Shown here in pieces: positions 42,767 to 56,033 of a stretch of 64,000 nucleotides of DNA. The DNA lies in assembly GCA_951406725.2 (NCBI GenBank), contig OX597818.1:76136001-76200000 (forward strand), written 5' to 3'. Below the pieces are notes generated by a model. It was not told the origin of the DNA. It saw only the letters and a program-made list of their open reading frames with translations, and searched no databases. The DNA comes from Octopus vulgaris (taxonomy: Eukaryota). How positions within the stretch are numbered: position 1 is the stretch's first letter; every line of letters begins with the position of its first letter. The translations under genes were made by a program, and so were the position numbers.

Positions 42767-43694
42767 GCACACACACACACATACATATAGCTCTTCCTGT
42801 CCTAAACGAACTTATTTTTCCAGTTCAAATTCAGTCAAGCGGAAAATACACTCCTTAACTACGCGCTAAAAAGCTATTCAAAATATCCACATGACGTCTA
42901 CTGACCAGCCTGAACAATAAGAATTTTCAACAACGCTATTTTCGAAAACCGCACCCACCACCCACACCAACATTCATTCTAAACATTCACGTGACCTCTC
43001 TATTATGACCACATTCACGTGACCTCTTTATTATGACCAATAAGAAATTTTAGGCGCGATACCAGCCAAATTTTAACATCTCTGGAGCCTATTTTCTTAC
43101 TCCAACATCAGCTTCCATTCAAACATTCACGTGACTCCTTTATAATGACCAATCAAAATTGTATTGACCATTGTCCACAAGAAATTTTAGGTGCGAAACC
43201 AAGCAAATCTTAAACAACTCTGGAGCCTCTTTTTTCACATGTAAGAGACAGCAAACCCAACATAAAGTCAGATAAGAGAAAAAAATCAGTCAGAAAGGAA
43301 CTCTATCTCACTCAAAATATCTTTTGATAAGCATAACAAATGCGCAACCGGTAAACTCTTACTTTTTTTATTCTACACTGAAATCTGACATTGAACTTTT
43401 CCACAAAAACTGTATATTACACGCTTTTACTAAATATTTATTCTGAAACAGAACACTGTAAAAGACTCTTACATTTTTTCTTATACACTGAAATCATTCA
43501 CAAAAAATGAACATTGTATTCTAACCCAATTTTTCTCTTTTTTTGTTTAAAAAAGAACTTTCACCTAATTAAATACACTCTCCCTTACTTAAATTATTTT
43601 GTCAGCATTTTCTTCATTTCCTTTTTTTATATATCACAACTCGTGTTCCACATCTCCTTTTTTAAATATCATATCCCCGCACGAGATACAGAAA

Positions 43695-44990
43695 ATGCCT
43701 ACAAAAACTGAAACCACCCTAATCAACTTAAACGAAGAAATCCTACAGGAACTCAAAAACATCAACACCAACCTCTCTGTACTAGTCAACAAATTGGACT
43801 CCACTAATGAAGAAACCATTACCGGACACAAACCCTCCGAAATCGGCGATAAGCTACAAACTCTGTGTGATACGATCCACACCTTTTTCACCACTACCAA
43901 CCCAGCCAAAAACAAAGAAGAACCATGTCAAATTGATTCATACAAACTGAAAAATCATATAATCCCAGAATGGAACAAATCCCTCAGAGACAGAAAGTTC
44001 TCCTTCTGGAAAATGATTAGAAACAACAACAAGGCCGAGATATACGGAAAATGGATGAACTCTACCCCTCTAACTCTTCCCCGCAAAATACAATTAAAAG
44101 CCATTCCCAATGAACCTGAACCTCAAAGACGACTTAGAGAAAGAATGGCATTAGAGAGACTGAAAACAGAGATTGAACTTCTCAAATTAAGGGCCCAAAC
44201 AAATGAGGAAAGAGTCAAAACAATCGATGAAGAGATCCTCCTCGTAATAAATAACAAGGCCGAAAGCCTCCACATAGAGAAGATCTCCAAGTTATGGAAA
44301 GATGACTGCAACAAAGAGGAACTAAAATCCTTACAACGCTGGGAAAAAAGTGCCACCTGGTTCCTAAACTATGAATCGACTTTCAAAACGGATTACTCTT
44401 CCAATAACCCGTTCATAAAAATGGGAAAACCAGGAACCCAACCACACAACTACTCTGCCAACCCTCCAACCTCGAACAAAAGAAGGAAACAGCATATTGA
44501 AGATGTACCTTCTTACCCCACGTCCATAAGGAGGAACAAGAACCCTGGAAACCCTCACCACCAGAATTACATTAACGAATTTCCCCCTTCAAGGAGACAC
44601 TATACACAACAACTCAACAACTACTCGAATACCTTATTAACAAATAAAAGAGGATTCCACTACCAGGATAGACACAACAACGTCCACACCACGAGGGGAC
44701 AACAAGGTAATTTTCACTTTCTCAACTCTCACAATACACAACAAGCCCATACCACTCGATACAATCACCCACGTAGGCCACTCATATCACCACAATCCAA
44801 CATGACACAAAGAAACACACACCAACACCCGCAATACAGGAACACCCCATTCTATCCACAACCACGAACCCGAACCATATTTCACAACAAGGAATATAAC
44901 AAACACACAGGACCTCTTAACACCAACAGACAACCCCTCTACCCCAACCATTTTTTTGACACAGCACACAGATACAGGCAAACAAAATAA
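43695..44990 (+). CDS. PLE ORF1, 431 aa: predicted coiled-coil N-half and N/H/R/P-rich disordered C-half
   Basis: Uninterrupted ORF from ATG 43695 (MPTKTET) with charged helical segments (RRLRERMALERLKTEIELLKLR). No domain recognised. Confidence 0.75.
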   Translation: MPTKTETTLINLNEEILQELKNINTNLSVLVNKLDSTNEETITGHKPSEIGDKLQTLCDTIHTFFTTTNPAKNKEEPCQIDSYKLKNHIIPEWNKSLRDRKFSFWKMIRNNNKAEIYGKWMNSTPLTLPRKIQLKAIPNEPEPQRRLRERMALERLKTEIELLKLRAQTNEERVKTIDEEILLVINNKAESLHIEKISKLWKDDCNKEELKSLQRWEKSATWFLNYESTFKTDYSSNNPFIKMGKPGTQPHNYSANPPTSNKRRKQHIEDVPSYPTSIRRNKNPGNPHHQNYINEFPPSRRHYTQQLNNYSNTLLTNKRGFHYQDRHNNVHTTRGQQGNFHFLNSHNTQQAHTTRYNHPRRPLISPQSNMTQRNTHQHPQYRNTPFYPQPRTRTIFHNKEYNKHTGPLNTNRQPLYPNHFFDTAHRYRQTK

Positions 44991-47269
44991 CACAGGACAG
45001 GGAAGAGAAACAGAAACTAATTAAAGTCATCAATTTAACCAATACAGAACCCAACCCCAACCTTCTCAACTTACTCTCCAAAGGTCTTAAATTCACCCCC
45101 CCACGTCCAAACTACTACGAAATGAAGGAAGACATTACAGAATTTTGTAGAAAATTACGACTTAGTGAGGAACTATTCGACCAGCACAATGAGGATGAGT
45201 CACTAGCTAGAAATAAAAGCAACTACACCCCACCAAAAGGTAGAAATAAAATCCTAGACGAATTCTGTGAGCACATTACAAACTTCCCTACCAACACTTA
45301 CACAAACCAAAACCCAAACCAAACCTCAACAAGAAAGAGTGGGAAGAATTAAACAAATTAAAAAATGAAAGATCTATCACCATTAAAGAGGCCGATAAAG
45401 GAAGTGCAGTAGTCTTAATGGAGACAGAATACTATATCAACTTAGCACTCTCCACCTTGGAAAATGGAACATATTACGAAAAGGCTGAACACTACAATCA
45501 ACAGAAAATTATGAGAAACTTAAAAACCCTGATCAACCCCCACAAAGAAGAACTCACTAACAAAGAATTCAACTTCATCACAAATTTCACTAGTAAAACC
45601 AGCCTCTTCTATGGTATTCCCGAAATTCATAAAAGCGAATTAATAAGTAAGGCATGCAAGGAAGCCACAAACTCTGTAATCTATGTCACCTCACCAAATG
45701 ACCTCAAATTGAGACCTATAATAGCAGGTCCCGCTTGCGAAACCCACCGCCTCAGCAACTTCATTGATACCCTTCTCAAGCCCTTCCTCAAACACATTAA
45801 AAGCTACATAAAGGACGATCTAGATATGCTCAACCACCTCCCCAATACACTTCTTGCTGAACAAACCCTGCTAGTAACATTCGATGTAGTTAATCTTTAC
45901 TCCAACATCCCCCACAACCTAGGAATAGAAGCTATCCAATTCTGGCTGGATAATTACTCCAACGAACTCCCACACCGCATCAAAAAGGAATTTATTTTAG
46001 AAGGACTCAAATTCATCTTAGAAAATAATTTCTTCACCTTCAACAACAAATTCTACAGACAGATATCAGGGACGGCAATGGGAACGAAAACAGCTCCCAC
46101 TTACGCCAACCTAGTCATGGGATACCTGGAAATCACCCTCTATAATAACGTTCTTAACCAATTTGGCACCACTCTCCACACATACACATAGAGAAGAACT
46201 GGAAGAGATATCTTGATGACTGCTTCATCCTTTGGCCCGAAACCATCGAGAAGCTTAAAGAATTTCACACCCTTATAAATGGGCTCAACACAAACAATAT
46301 TTTCACAATGGAATACAGCCCTCAACAAATTCCCTTCCTCGACATCCTCATTAAAATTCACAACAAAAAAATAGAAACAGACATATACTACAAGCCCACA
46401 GACTCCAAGCAATACCTCCCTTTCAATTCATGCCACCCTAGACACGTTAAAATTAACATTCCCTACAACTTAGCCAAGAGAATTTGCACTATAGTCTCCA
46501 ATAAAAACACCCGTCTCTTACGTCTACAAGAACTTAAGGACACATTAACAAGCAGGGATTACCCCACGTCACTAATTGACAATGGGATCCAACGCGCCCT
46601 AAAACTCAGCACACAGGAACTTAGACGCCCTAAACCTGTTACGTCGAAACCCATACGCTACCATACATCTCTACACACAACCCCCTCAACAATGAAGCAT
46701 TTGACACCATCCTCCAGAACATTCCTGTATTAAAAAAGGACCATAGAATGAACCAAATCCTCCTAACACACGAAATCATAAAGAGCAAAAGGCAACCCAA
46801 ATCATTGAAAACCATCCTAACAAATGCCAAAGTACTGCCAACCACAACAACTAAACCCACAGTAAACAAATGCAATAGACCCAACTGTGGTATATGCATC
46901 AACCTAATAGAAGGTCCGGAATTCCTTTTTAAACAAGGACAACGTTTCACAGTAAAACACAACTTCACATGCGCATCAGAAAACCTAGTATATGTCTTAA
47001 CTTGCTCGGGTTGTAATGAACACTACATAGACCAAACTAAAAATAGCCTCCGCCAACGCATGACTGTCCACAGATCCCAAATAAAAATACAGGAATACAG
47101 AAAAATAGCACTTAGTGCACATATTGATACCTGTGCCGCACAACTTCATCCCAATTTTAGAATCTTTCCCCTCTACAAATTTAAAGACAATGCCACTCAT
47201 ACCCAGCGAATAACCATGGAATCCCACCTTATTAATAAATACAGACCACTTCTAAACACATCCCCCTAA
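44960..47269 (+). pseudogene. PLE reverse transcriptase + GIY-YIG endonuclease, with three frameshifts
   Basis: VINLT..LLSKGLKF, KEADKGSAVV, RPII, TFDVVNLYSNI, GTAMGT..APTYANL, RYLDD, PFLD and SCHP. Cys cluster CNRPNCGIC and VYVLTCSGC..YIDQT..LRQRM..H. Confidence 0.92.
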
Positions 47270-48441
47270 CACGAACCCACAACAAACACACTTACACCTG
47301 CACACACCCTACACACACTTTTACCCAGATATTAACACCATGACACACGCAAACATATGGTTCCACACATACACATAATTTGATACGGGTGCAAAACATC
47401 CAACACTATTTTTTGGAAATGACTGTAAATATTGACTTCACACAAACACGTTGCTTCCCGATACAGGCACAAGGCCAGCAGAACTATAAATATTGAAAAT
47501 TGTACCCACACACGCACACATATATACACGCGCGCGCCCCAACATACATATAAACACACACACACACACACACACGCGCGCGCGCACATATACATACATA
47601 TAGCTCCTCCTGTCCTAAACGAACTTACTTTTCCAGCTCGAATTCAGTCAAGCGGAAAATACACTTCTTAACTACGCGCTAAAAAGCTATTCAAAATATC
47701 CACATGACGTCTACTGACCAGCCTGAACAATAAGAATTTTCAACAACGCTATTTTCGAAAACCCCACCTACCACCCACACCAACATTCATTCTAAACATT
47801 CACGTGACCTCTCTATTATGACCACATTCACGTGACCTCTTTATTATGACCAATAAGAAATTTTAGGCGCGATACCAGCCAAATTTTAACATCTCTGGAG
47901 CCTATTTTCTTACTCCAACATCAACTTCCATTCAAACATTCACGTGACTCCTTTATAATGACCAATCAAAATTGTATTGACCATTGTCCACAAGAAATTT
48001 TAGGTGCGAAACCAAGCAAATCTTAAACAACCCTGGAACCTCTTTTTTCACATGTAAGAGACAGCAAACCCAACATAAAGTCAGATAAGAGAAAAAAATC
48101 AATCAGAAAGGAACTCTATCTCACTCAAAATATCTTTTGATAAGCATATTAAATGCGCAACCGGTAAACTCTTACTTTTTTTATTCTACACTGAAATCTG
48201 ACATTGAACTTTTCCACAAAAAACTGTATATTACACGCTTTTACTAAATATCTTATTCTGAAACAGAACACTGTAAAAGACTCTTACTTTTTTTCTTATA
48301 CACTGAAATCATTCACAAAAAATGGACATTGTATTTTAACCCAATATTTCTCTTTTTTTGTTTAAAAAAAGAACTTTCACCTAATTAAATACACTCTCCC
48401 TTACTTAAATTATTTTGTCAGCATTTTCTTCATTTCCTTTT

Positions 48442-48513
<72 letters not shown>

Positions 48514-48548
48514 CATATATATATATATACGAAAACATCTAAAAGCTC

Positions 48549-48606
<58 letters not shown>

Positions 48607-48770
48607 GAAAACACCTAAAAGCTCCACGTATGGGGTGTTGACGACTCTGTTGTACTTTTTCACCACAACTTTCTCCCACCCTCTCTTCCTGTTTCTTGAA
48701 GCTGGGGGGAACACATACGCTACAGAAACCGGGCCCATGAGCCTGGCTAGGCTTGAAAAGGGCAGCGTTT
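48607..48770 (+). mobile_element. SINE family 3 fragment
   Basis: GAAAACACCTAAAAGCTCCACG..CACCACAACTTTCTC is shared with 29876-30208. Confidence 0.6.
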
Positions 48771-48800
48771 ACCGCTATATATACATCTATGTATATATAT

Positions 48801-49140
48801 ATTTATGTTGCAAATAAGAAAATGGAGGAGTGCAATAGTTGGTTCATCAACTTTAGGACATTAAATTATGTTAACTTATTTATTTATTAAACTGATAATT
48901 ATAATAACATACATATAGCATATTATCCTATGCATATAAAATAAGGATACCAGTAATTAATTAAAAAAAACATGAATTTACTTGTATCCTTATTTTATAT
49001 GCATAGGATAATATGCTATATGTATGTATGTATATTATTATAATTATCAGTTTAATAAATAAATAAGTTAACGTTTTTAATGTCATAAAGTTGATGAACC
49101 AACTATTGTGCTCCCCCATTTTCTTATTTGCAACATAAAT
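48801..49140. repeat. Fold-back inverted repeat with ~150-bp arms
   Basis: 48801-48950 pairs with 48984-49140. Confidence 0.9.
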
Positions 49141-49282
49141 TAATGGAATTCTCTTTACCTTCACCCATTTAATACACTAGATAAATTAACTGCAATGCAA
49201 TATAAAACACTTGTGTATTAATAATTGTGTATTATACCAACACACACACACGCACGTATATATATATATATATATATATATG

Positions 49283-49435
49283 CGAAGGGCTTCTTTCAGT
49301 TTCCGTCGACCAAATCCGCTCACAAGGCTTTGGTCGGCCCGAGACTATAGTAGATGACACTTGCCCAAGGTGCCGCGCAGTGGTACTGAACCCTAAACCA
49401 TGTGGTAGGTAAGCAATAATATTTGTCATAAGGCA
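49283..49435 (-). mobile_element. SINE family 1 fragment
   Basis: GGGCTTCTTTCAGTTTCCGTC..GACACTTGCCCAAGGTGCC. Confidence 0.8.
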
Positions 49436-49559
49436 ATACATAGAGGGGACGGACAAGGACAGACAAACATAAACAGGGGGAAGTAGCTTTAAACGATTAA
49501 AAATAAACAATGATTATCATACAGATGAGATTAAAAATGAATACATTGCTAAAAGCAAT

Positions 49560-50410
49560 ATTTAACACGAAGGAAAGGCATCCTACAGCAGAGTAGAAAC
49601 TTTGCTTACTTTCCGTGGCTCCGCTCACTTGGTGCTAGTTACTCCCAGTTTTCTCTCCACAAGCTTCCATCTTTTTCTGAATTTTTCACGTGACAGGTAC
49701 CTCTTCTCCAGCCTGATCTTACTGCTGAGGTGGTAACTAAAAAAGTTGACCAACCTCTGGCCAGATACGGAGCTACCTGTCACAATCCCTTTCAACCGCG
49801 TCTTCCATACTCTTTCTTTCAATATGGCCACCACGCAGAAAAAAAACAGGCCTTCCTCTCCCCGCTAAGGGAAGGAAGCGTCACAATCCCGATGATGTAC
49901 TCAGCTGATAGCTGTACTCTTCCCATCGAGGACAACATTTGCTACTATTGAGGTGGGTAGGATTTCTGAAGCTCATAGTCTTAGGATCTAGCGGGTGAGG
50001 TTGGGGTCCAGATGAATAGTTCGTAGAGCTCACAATAAGGTGGCTAAGTTTGCGTCTAATGGAAGAGGCAGGTATAGATCCCAAGTTTGTTGTTGTAGTG
50101 TACAAGATTTTAAGATTTGTTTATGGTGTGGTGGGAAATTGAAACTTAGGATTTTGAAAAGTAGCTTGGATAGAGATTTAACCTGGAGAGAGAATGGTGG
50201 TGCAGGGTATAAGATATTCTGCTTCTTCCCTTGGAGGACTTAGAACGCAGCGTAGTGTCGGGTAGGTGACCCAGGCGAAGCTGGAGATAATTCAAACGCC
50301 GTAGCGGCCGGAATACCCGTCGAGTACTGGCTGCAGCGGAATTCTGTTGGAGGGTGATGTGGATGGGTAGAGGCATGCCTAGTGGTCTTAGATCCTGCCA
50401 TTAGTGGGAT
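49560..50410 (-). mobile_element. L1/Tx1-like LINE 3' fragment
   Basis: The minus strand reads ACFFCVVAILKERVWKTRLKG..LVNFFSYHL..IRLE, similar to the 11165 and 14560 fragments. Confidence 0.55.
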
Positions 50411-50637
50411 AGTAAGTATATTTCAAACTCAAATCTAGCCGCTTTTTCTGGATTTGGTTCTGGAAAAGCAGCGAGTTGTTTCTCAACGTAATGTAGATTC
50501 ACTCGTTCTCAGTGTATGTATGTATGTATGTATGTATGTATGTATGTATGTATGTATGTATGTATGTATGTATGTATGTATGTATGTATGTATGTATGTA
50601 TGTGTATATAAATATATATATATTTCTATACACACAC

Positions 50638-50737
<100 letters not shown>

Positions 50738-51624
50738 TTTAAAGGGAAGATTCCTACAGCTATTAATACTAGCACCCATACCTCCTAAAAACACTTTATT
50801 CATTCAGTGTGTAGATTCCCTCAGTTTCACTTTGAAACGCGTGTAGGTTCAGAAAAGGATGCCGTAAATAACCGTTAAATAAAATTATGGATGTGAAAAA
50901 TCTCCAGTCTCCCCATCATTATTGATACTATTACTTACTCTACAGAAATTATGCAGTCCTGAATAGGACACTGGGATTTACCAAGCGAGAATAGTTACCA
51001 GAACCTAGTAACTTATTGTTAACTAGGGCATCACAAAAGGACCATTGTGGTTAGCCGGCATCTGAAACTGAATTAAGGGGAAACACGGTAACCGCCAGGA
51101 TAATATATCCCTTTACTCTCATTTATAGATATATACATATATATATTTTCTTATACATACAAATATGCATACATTCTGTTTTTGTGTGACATAACTTCGC
51201 CATACATTGAGTCACACAGATCCTACATCCAGGATTCGAATGCGCAAACTGCTCGATATGCTTTTTCCTTTTTCACCTTTTTCACAAATTTTTTCCTTTT
51301 TCACAAATTTTGCGGCAAAATGAATGGATTTTCAGATTTTCGTTTTTTTTTGGGGGGGGGCATCTGGTATGAACTATTACAGATGTCTACACATTTGGAA
51401 ACTTCAGGTGATGACTTTCAAGGTTGGTCGCATGCATTTGCGTAAGTGTGTGCGGTGATCCGTGATAAAAATCCTCTCCGAAACAGAATTTCACACAAAG
51501 ACGTCACTCTGAAATCTTTCATTGTTTAACTTACAACAAATTGCCGAGTGCACTGAACATGGGTTCACTTCAGCAAGTGTGGATCAATGACAAACTGACA
51601 TGTCATGGAGTTATTATTAGACTG

Positions 51625-51700
<76 letters not shown>

Positions 51701-52110
51701 ACACAGACACACACACAGACACACACACGCACGCACAAATACACCTTTATTCACTAAAAACAATTTCAAACTCTTTGTAAACGTAACTATTTGCCGCCAG
51801 AAGAGAAATCTGGATTAAAAAGTAACCGGAAAAGACGAAGAATTCTCCATAATGTTTGTTTGAAATAATATTATATTTGATATTAATTGAAGTTTTAAAT
51901 TTATTTTTATAATCATTATATTTAATCGCTATTACATTAAATATTTAAAAACTTAAATGTTACTTTTTAATTTTAGTCATCTCATTTTGAGATCATGTCG
52001 GTAAATACACGCACGAATGTACTGTTTGACTCCGCTAAGTATGAATGCGTTACACACATTTTTTTTTATAGTTCCGTCTACTCGCAGGTAATGCTCTCAA
52101 ACTTAAATTT

Positions 52111-52165
<55 letters not shown>

Positions 52166-52166
52166 C

Positions 52167-52224
<58 letters not shown>

Positions 52225-52425
52225 GTCTGTCTGTCTGTCTGTCTGTCTGCCTGCCTTTCTGACTGTCTGTCTGTCTGTCTATCTATCTATCAATCTATCT
52301 ATCTATCTATCTATCTATGTCTGTCTGTCCGTCCGTCTGTCGGTCTGTCCATCCACGCATTCACCCCTTCTTCCGTCTATCTCTCCCTCCCTAAGCCATC
52401 CATCCATCCATCTATCTATCCATCC

Positions 52426-52477
<52 letters not shown>

Positions 52478-53062
52478 GTCTGTCTGTCTGTCCGTCCATC
52501 TATATGTCCCTCACTCTTCTTTTCTCCCTGCTTCCCGCCATCGGTCCGTCCATCTGTCTGTCTGTCTGTCCGTCTGTCTGTCTGTCTCTGTCTGTCTGTC
52601 TGCCTGTCTGTATGACTGTCTGTCTGTCTGTCTGTCTATCTATCCAACTTTCCACGCATGCACCCACGTATCCACCCATACATCTATCTATTTCTTCAAC
52701 TACTTGGTGACAAATGCTAATACTTCGAAAAAATTATCAAATATTTTTAGAGAACAAAACTATATATGTGAATATGTGTGTGTGCGTATGTATGTGTGCG
52801 TGCGTATGTGTGTGCGTTTCACCGAACGTGTTTGTTACAAAGTAAACATATGTAAGCGTGCGTGTATATGTGTGTGCATGTATGTATGTATGTATGTGTT
52901 AGTGTGTTGTTGCCTAAAGTAAAAAATATGGATTAAATTTCTGCAGATTATATTTCTCTTCTGTGTGTAGTTAAAATAATGCTAAACGACGAAGGATTTT
53001 TTTCCTGTATTTCCCCTGTGTGATTTCGTTGTTTTCACATAAGTTTGCAATATATATGCACA

Positions 53063-53143
<81 letters not shown>

Positions 53144-53263
53144 GTCTGCCTGTCTGTCTGTCTGTCTGTCTGTCTGTCAATACATACATACATACATACA
53201 CACATACACAAATATATGTATGTGCATGTATGCGTGCGTTCGTGTATATATGTGTGTTTGTAC

Positions 53264-53334
<71 letters not shown>

Positions 53335-53337
53335 CAT

Positions 53338-53384
<47 letters not shown>

Positions 53385-53466
53385 CATATATATATATACA
53401 TATACATATGTACACATGTATATATACATAGATATATATACATACACACACATACACACACACATA

Positions 53467-53513
<47 letters not shown>

Positions 53514-54069
53514 TGTCTTTGGAGCTTATTTTGCCATTAAGAAGCATGCATACTGTGCATGTGTTTCTTATTGGCAAAAATAACCCTTTCAAAATACAGC
53601 ATGTTTCAACACACGATTTCGCATCATGAACCTTGCAAAACAAATGCAAATATGTACACATATCACATGTGAGATATAAATTTTTTGGCAATTTCAGCTA
53701 CACTGAAAAAAGCAAACCAAATTATACCGTCTCTTTTCTCTTTCTTTCTCCCTTTCTCTTTTATTCTTTCTCTCTGTCTTTCTCATTTTCTTCTTCGCCC
53801 TTCTTTTTCTTTCTTGCTATGGCTCTCTCTTTGTTCGCTAATAGATAACTATAGCACCTAACTAACTTGTTTCTGTTCTTGTTATGTCTTCATCAAGAGA
53901 ATAATTTCTCATTTCCATGCTGGCTTAGTAGTTGATAGCTATGTTTTAGTGCAACAAATTCGGATACAGCTAAACTTGTACACCTAATTGACATAAAAGG
54001 GTCTGTACCAGACTTTAGTGCCGGGGGTGCTTCAGAATATTCTGGCTGCAGGAAAGTTTTTGTTAATTG

Positions 54070-54260
54070 TCTATATCTATAAAACAATCCTTGGACGAAA
54101 ACTGTATGCACATCTTGCTTTGACGGTTAATGGCGGCCAAACCGAGGCTAGGATCGAGCTGAAAATTGGCAGGGATACTAAATGCATGGTGAGGATGAGA
54201 CCCGCGATGGTTAAAATTCGCAAGCTATAAAGATGTGGTTGCTATGGCAAAAAGAGTGAA
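54070..54260 (+). mobile_element. Possible Helitron 5' fragment
   Basis: Starts TCTATATCTATAAAAC and shares the GAGCTGAAAATT motif with the fragment at about 55148. Confidence 0.35.
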
Positions 54261-54705
54261 AATTCCTTGTCTTTAAACGGACTTTCACAAGTGTTTGTCG
54301 TTTCTCTCTTACGGTTATCACCCTTTCTTCTTCCATCCTCACTTTCCCCCTTCCCTCCTCTTTATCTCTATAACGGCTTTTAACAGCTTCTACTCACTCC
54401 CTTTCCCTCTCCGTGTTCGCTGTGTCTCTGTCGCTCTTTCTCCCCCAGCCTCTCTCTCACTCTCTCCCTCTCTTTCTCTGTACGTCTTTCTGTATCTATA
54501 GAGAGAAAGCGTTGACAGTGGCGAGTGTGATTAATGGAGAGGAATAAAACAGTAAATAATTATATTGTGTCGGAAATATATTTCACTCTCTTGAAGTTTA
54601 AATATTTCCGCTACAGAGCTTTTACAACGGTGAATTATTATCACCCACCACCACCGCACAATAATGATATCATATATTATTATTAATCAGATATTTATTA
54701 TGTTA

Positions 54706-54807
<102 letters not shown>

Positions 54808-54873
54808 TGTGTGTGTGTGTGTATAAATAAATAAATAAATATATATATAAATATAAAGTGTATATATCGATAT

Positions 54874-54927
<54 letters not shown>

Positions 54928-54966
54928 TATATAAATATAAAGTGTATATATCGATATTTGAAGATA

Positions 54967-55022
<56 letters not shown>

Positions 55023-55124
55023 GTATACATATGTATACATAATGCGTATATATATATATATATTGTGTGTGTATATGATGCGCATATATGTGCATATATA
55101 TTTAATGCGTATGTATATATATAA

Positions 55125-55360
55125 TATGTGCATTTGTGGTCGGATAGAGCTGAAAATTTGCACACCTATGTTAAAAGTGCTGGCGAATTTGCACAGCAAT
55201 TTTGAGTTTGCTGATTTGAAACGCGTGGCCTCCAGAGAAAAACATTCTTCATCCTTTAAAATGTGACCCGCGTAGATCCGAATGAAACCGAATTATAATA
55301 CCGAAACAAGTAAAAAAATAATAAACTATTTTAATCCCGAGCAAGGCCGGGTTTGTCTAG
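55125..55360 (+). mobile_element. Helitron-like 3' end
   Basis: GC hairpin CCCGAGCAAGGCCGGG followed five bases later by CTAG. Confidence 0.55.
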
Positions 55361-55688
55361 CATTTTATAAATCTGAGTGTGCACCAATGAATTATGATGC
55401 TATAGTGCGTCCTGTAACCCCCACCCACAACGACGGGCATGGCTTAAACAGACAACGATGATAACTAATTAATTCAACGTTTTTTAGTGGGGCTAGGGAT
55501 GCTGATTGAAAATCTATAAGTTTTCTAGTTTTCTTAGCCAATTACCTGAAGGATTTATTTATAAATAAGGTGGGCAAAAAGAAAGGTAGTAAAAAAATGC
55601 CGTTGATGCTATAGCTGAAGACACCAGATTATGTCTACAGATCGCAATTTGCAGTTAGACTTACTGATTTTTAGCCTTATCTATCAAT

Positions 55689-55763
<75 letters not shown>

Positions 55764-56033
55764 CCTGTGTGTCTGTCAATCTGTGTGTCTGTATGTCAAG
55801 ATGTCTGTTTACATATCGCAGCATATGTATCTGTCTGTCTGTCAACCAACCAACCAATCAATCGATCGATCGATCAGTAAATCAATCAATCGATCAGTAA
55901 TTCAATCAACCAGTCAACCTATCTATCTGTTTATCTATCGACACACACACACACACACACGCACACACACACACAAACACACACACACATACAAACCCCC
56001 CCACACACACACACAAACAAACAAACAAACAAC

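Larger units (their letters stand above)
41357..48447 (+). mobile_element. Penelope-like element (Neptune-like GIY-YIG): inverted pLTR, pLTR, ORF1, RT-EN, pLTR
   Basis: Inverted copy 41357-42603, direct pLTR 42602-43669 and 3' pLTR 47245-48447, with PLE RT and GIY-YIG motifs in between. Flanked by TA/CA microsatellite. Confidence 0.93.

Noticed and set aside
44957-44959. TGA as selenocysteine, as in Naiad PLEs
   Set aside because: It is not at a conserved Cys position, the Cys cluster uses normal codons, and I saw no SECIS.
54238-54251. Second X-box-like motif
   Set aside because: It is imperfect and lies within a probable Helitron fragment.
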